Below, in pieces: positions 62,258 to 64,000 of a DNA stretch of 64,000 nt (positions are counted from its first letter, which is position 1; every line of letters begins with the position of its first letter). The stretch comes from Selaginella moellendorffii. Lineage: Eukaryota; Plantae; Lycopodiophyta. The stretch lies in contig NW_003314340.1 of the NCBI RefSeq assembly GCF_000143415.4, positions 490,161-554,160 on the forward strand, read 5' to 3'. The notes beneath the pieces were generated by a model. That model was not told where the DNA came from and searched no databases. It was given only the letters and a program-made list of their open reading frames with translations. The position numbers and the translations under genes are program-made.

Positions 62258-63300
62258 ATGACAGTAGCTAGCGGTGTGGGGTACACACTGATCGCGCTTG
62301 GGCCGGGGTTTAGTCTCTTCTTCCTCTCTATCGTGTCCAAGCCCCTTCTTATTCTTACGCTCCTTGCAAGGTATGGTCTTGATAAGTTGATACATCGCAT
62401 TGATTTTCCTTGGTGTTTTTTTTTCAGCACGCTGGTATGGCTCGCATCTCTCGTCGCGCTTGCGATCGTTTGGAGGGGATTTCTTCCTTTGGGTTCTTCC
62501 AGTTGGATTTGTTTGCCACTTCTAGCTTCGTCGGTGGCTCTTCAGGAGTTTCTTAGAGTTCACTTCTGGCGAACTTTCAAGTAAGAGAGCTCTTTCTTTG
62601 TTGTTTTTTTTTTTTCGGAGGTGGAAATAAGTGTTGATCAGGAAAGTGGAGTCTTCTCTAAATGGTGTTGCGGTCAGGATCTCGAAGCCTCCTCTTAGAC
62701 CCAGTGAAAAGATCGAGATCGCCATTGGTAAGCTTGAAAAAACTTGTTTTTTTGTATCATAGATAGTCTGAATCTCTTGATGGTTGCAGCTCTGGGCTTT
62801 GGCCATGGTTTGGCTCACTCGATCATGTTTTGCTTGAGCCTGCTTACACCGGCGTTTGGACCCGGGACATTTTACCTTCGCTCGTGTCCTCAAATGCCAT
62901 TTTTTCTTGTGATTTGTAAGTAAAGTTTGGTCTCTTTTTCTCAAGGTTTTTGCTTTTTAATTGGTGTGTGTTTTCGTTAGAACAGCTGTCATCTCACTCG
63001 GATTTCTATTGATCCACACATTTTCAATGGTTATATTCTTCAAAGGCTACGAAGACCACAACAGTGGCCTCCGATTCTTCGTCCCCGCTATGCACGCCGT
63101 GGCTTCCTCGCTGGTAAAGTTCTTGCATAAAATTTCTAAGAATCGAGAAGTAAAAATTGCTTTCTCTCTTCGTATTTTTCCTGTAGACTTTGGTGAATCT
63201 CGTACAGAACGGGTGTGTAATTGGCACTCCCCTCGTGATGCTGTGCGCGGCACTGACGCTTTTCGTGTGTGGAAAATCCCTGTGGCAAAAGGGGGACTAA
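62258..63300 (+). CDS. APH1: Gamma-secretase subunit APH-1, multi-exon
   Basis: MTVASGVGYTLIALGP, GFGHGLAHS, LTPAFGPGTFY..SCPQMPFF and FLLIHTFSMVI. Ends WQKGD*. Confidence 0.92.
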
Positions 63301-63738
63301 ACAGGATATTCTTTCACAGAAAAAGAGGAGACAATGGCGCTTGACATCGCGAGCTTTTGGATGCCAGGAACTTCGCAATCAATGTCCCTTTTTTGACAAA
63401 ACGTACCATGGTTTTAAGTCCTATAATTCCCATGGTAGAAATGTCCCCAGGGTGAAATATAAAAAAGTGTGTGTTTTGAGTAGTGTTGTCTTGTTTGGGT
63501 TTGGACTCGCGCACGCGTCTAGGGCGCCAAGGTGCGAGGCTATGGCGGACGGGGATTCTCGGCGCGCTGTTGCGCGGGCGTGCTCGCAGGTAGCGTGGCG
63601 CTGCTAGTCCTTCCCTGCCGAGAATGGTGTGAGCTGCGAGGGGGAATTTCTAGGGTTTTAGGTGGAGGAGGAGCAGCAGCGGAAGCCGGCAGGATAGGGT
63701 TTTCTGGGAAGTGGGCCTAGGGTTACTCCAATGGCGGA

Positions 63739-64000
63739 ATGGATGGAGCTGTGAGTAGCGCGCGCGCGCTTGGTTCCGAGGTCATGTCTTCCTCTCAGAG
63801 TAATAACGATGCCGCCACTCAACTCGACTTGAACTACCTTCAGGTGAGTCTCATTGTTCCCGCAAGGATTTATTTTTTTGTTCCTCCTTCTCCTTTGGTA
63901 GAAGTAGCGATTTAGCAGTAGCTTGCAGCTAACTGATACTGAATTTTTCTCCCCCTTTTTTTTCGCGATTGGTATAAGAGTTTGCATCTGCTTGCGGTTC
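63739..64000 (+). CDS. Probable 5' exon of an unidentified gene running off the window
   Basis: MDGAVSSARALGSEVMSSSQSNNDAATQLDLNYLQ followed by a strong donor cag|gtgagt at 63843. Telo-like tagggttt motifs lie upstream. Confidence 0.35.

Overview
Eukaryotic land-plant nuclear DNA. The very short (~50-60 nt) GT-AG introns, tiny intergenic gaps and gene content suggest a compact lycophyte genome such as Selaginella (inference, not verified). 1-28 kb is gene-dense: IFRD, ABCF3, UTP25/NOF1, STOP1-like, APC5, serine decarboxylase, CP12, BTB/POZ, an atypical signal-peptide PEBP, ECH2 and an NHL gene. 28-59.8 kb is accessory: gene fragments (RLCK-VII, HSP70, PPR, TBCD, MCCB, a tRNA-Ser half), an orphan secreted Cys-rich peptide gene, intact MCCB and F-box genes, a gypsy remnant, and a ~1 kb inverted duplication. 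LUC7 and APH-1 follow. The main hidden feature, essentially invisible in the ORF track, is a decayed ~8.5 kb TIR-bounded DNA transposon (46633-55112). It carries a spliced integrase-core DDE transposase and a spliced HECT E3-ligase gene, an IS3EU-like architecture, with a nested MITE. Exon boundaries were read by eye and are approximate.
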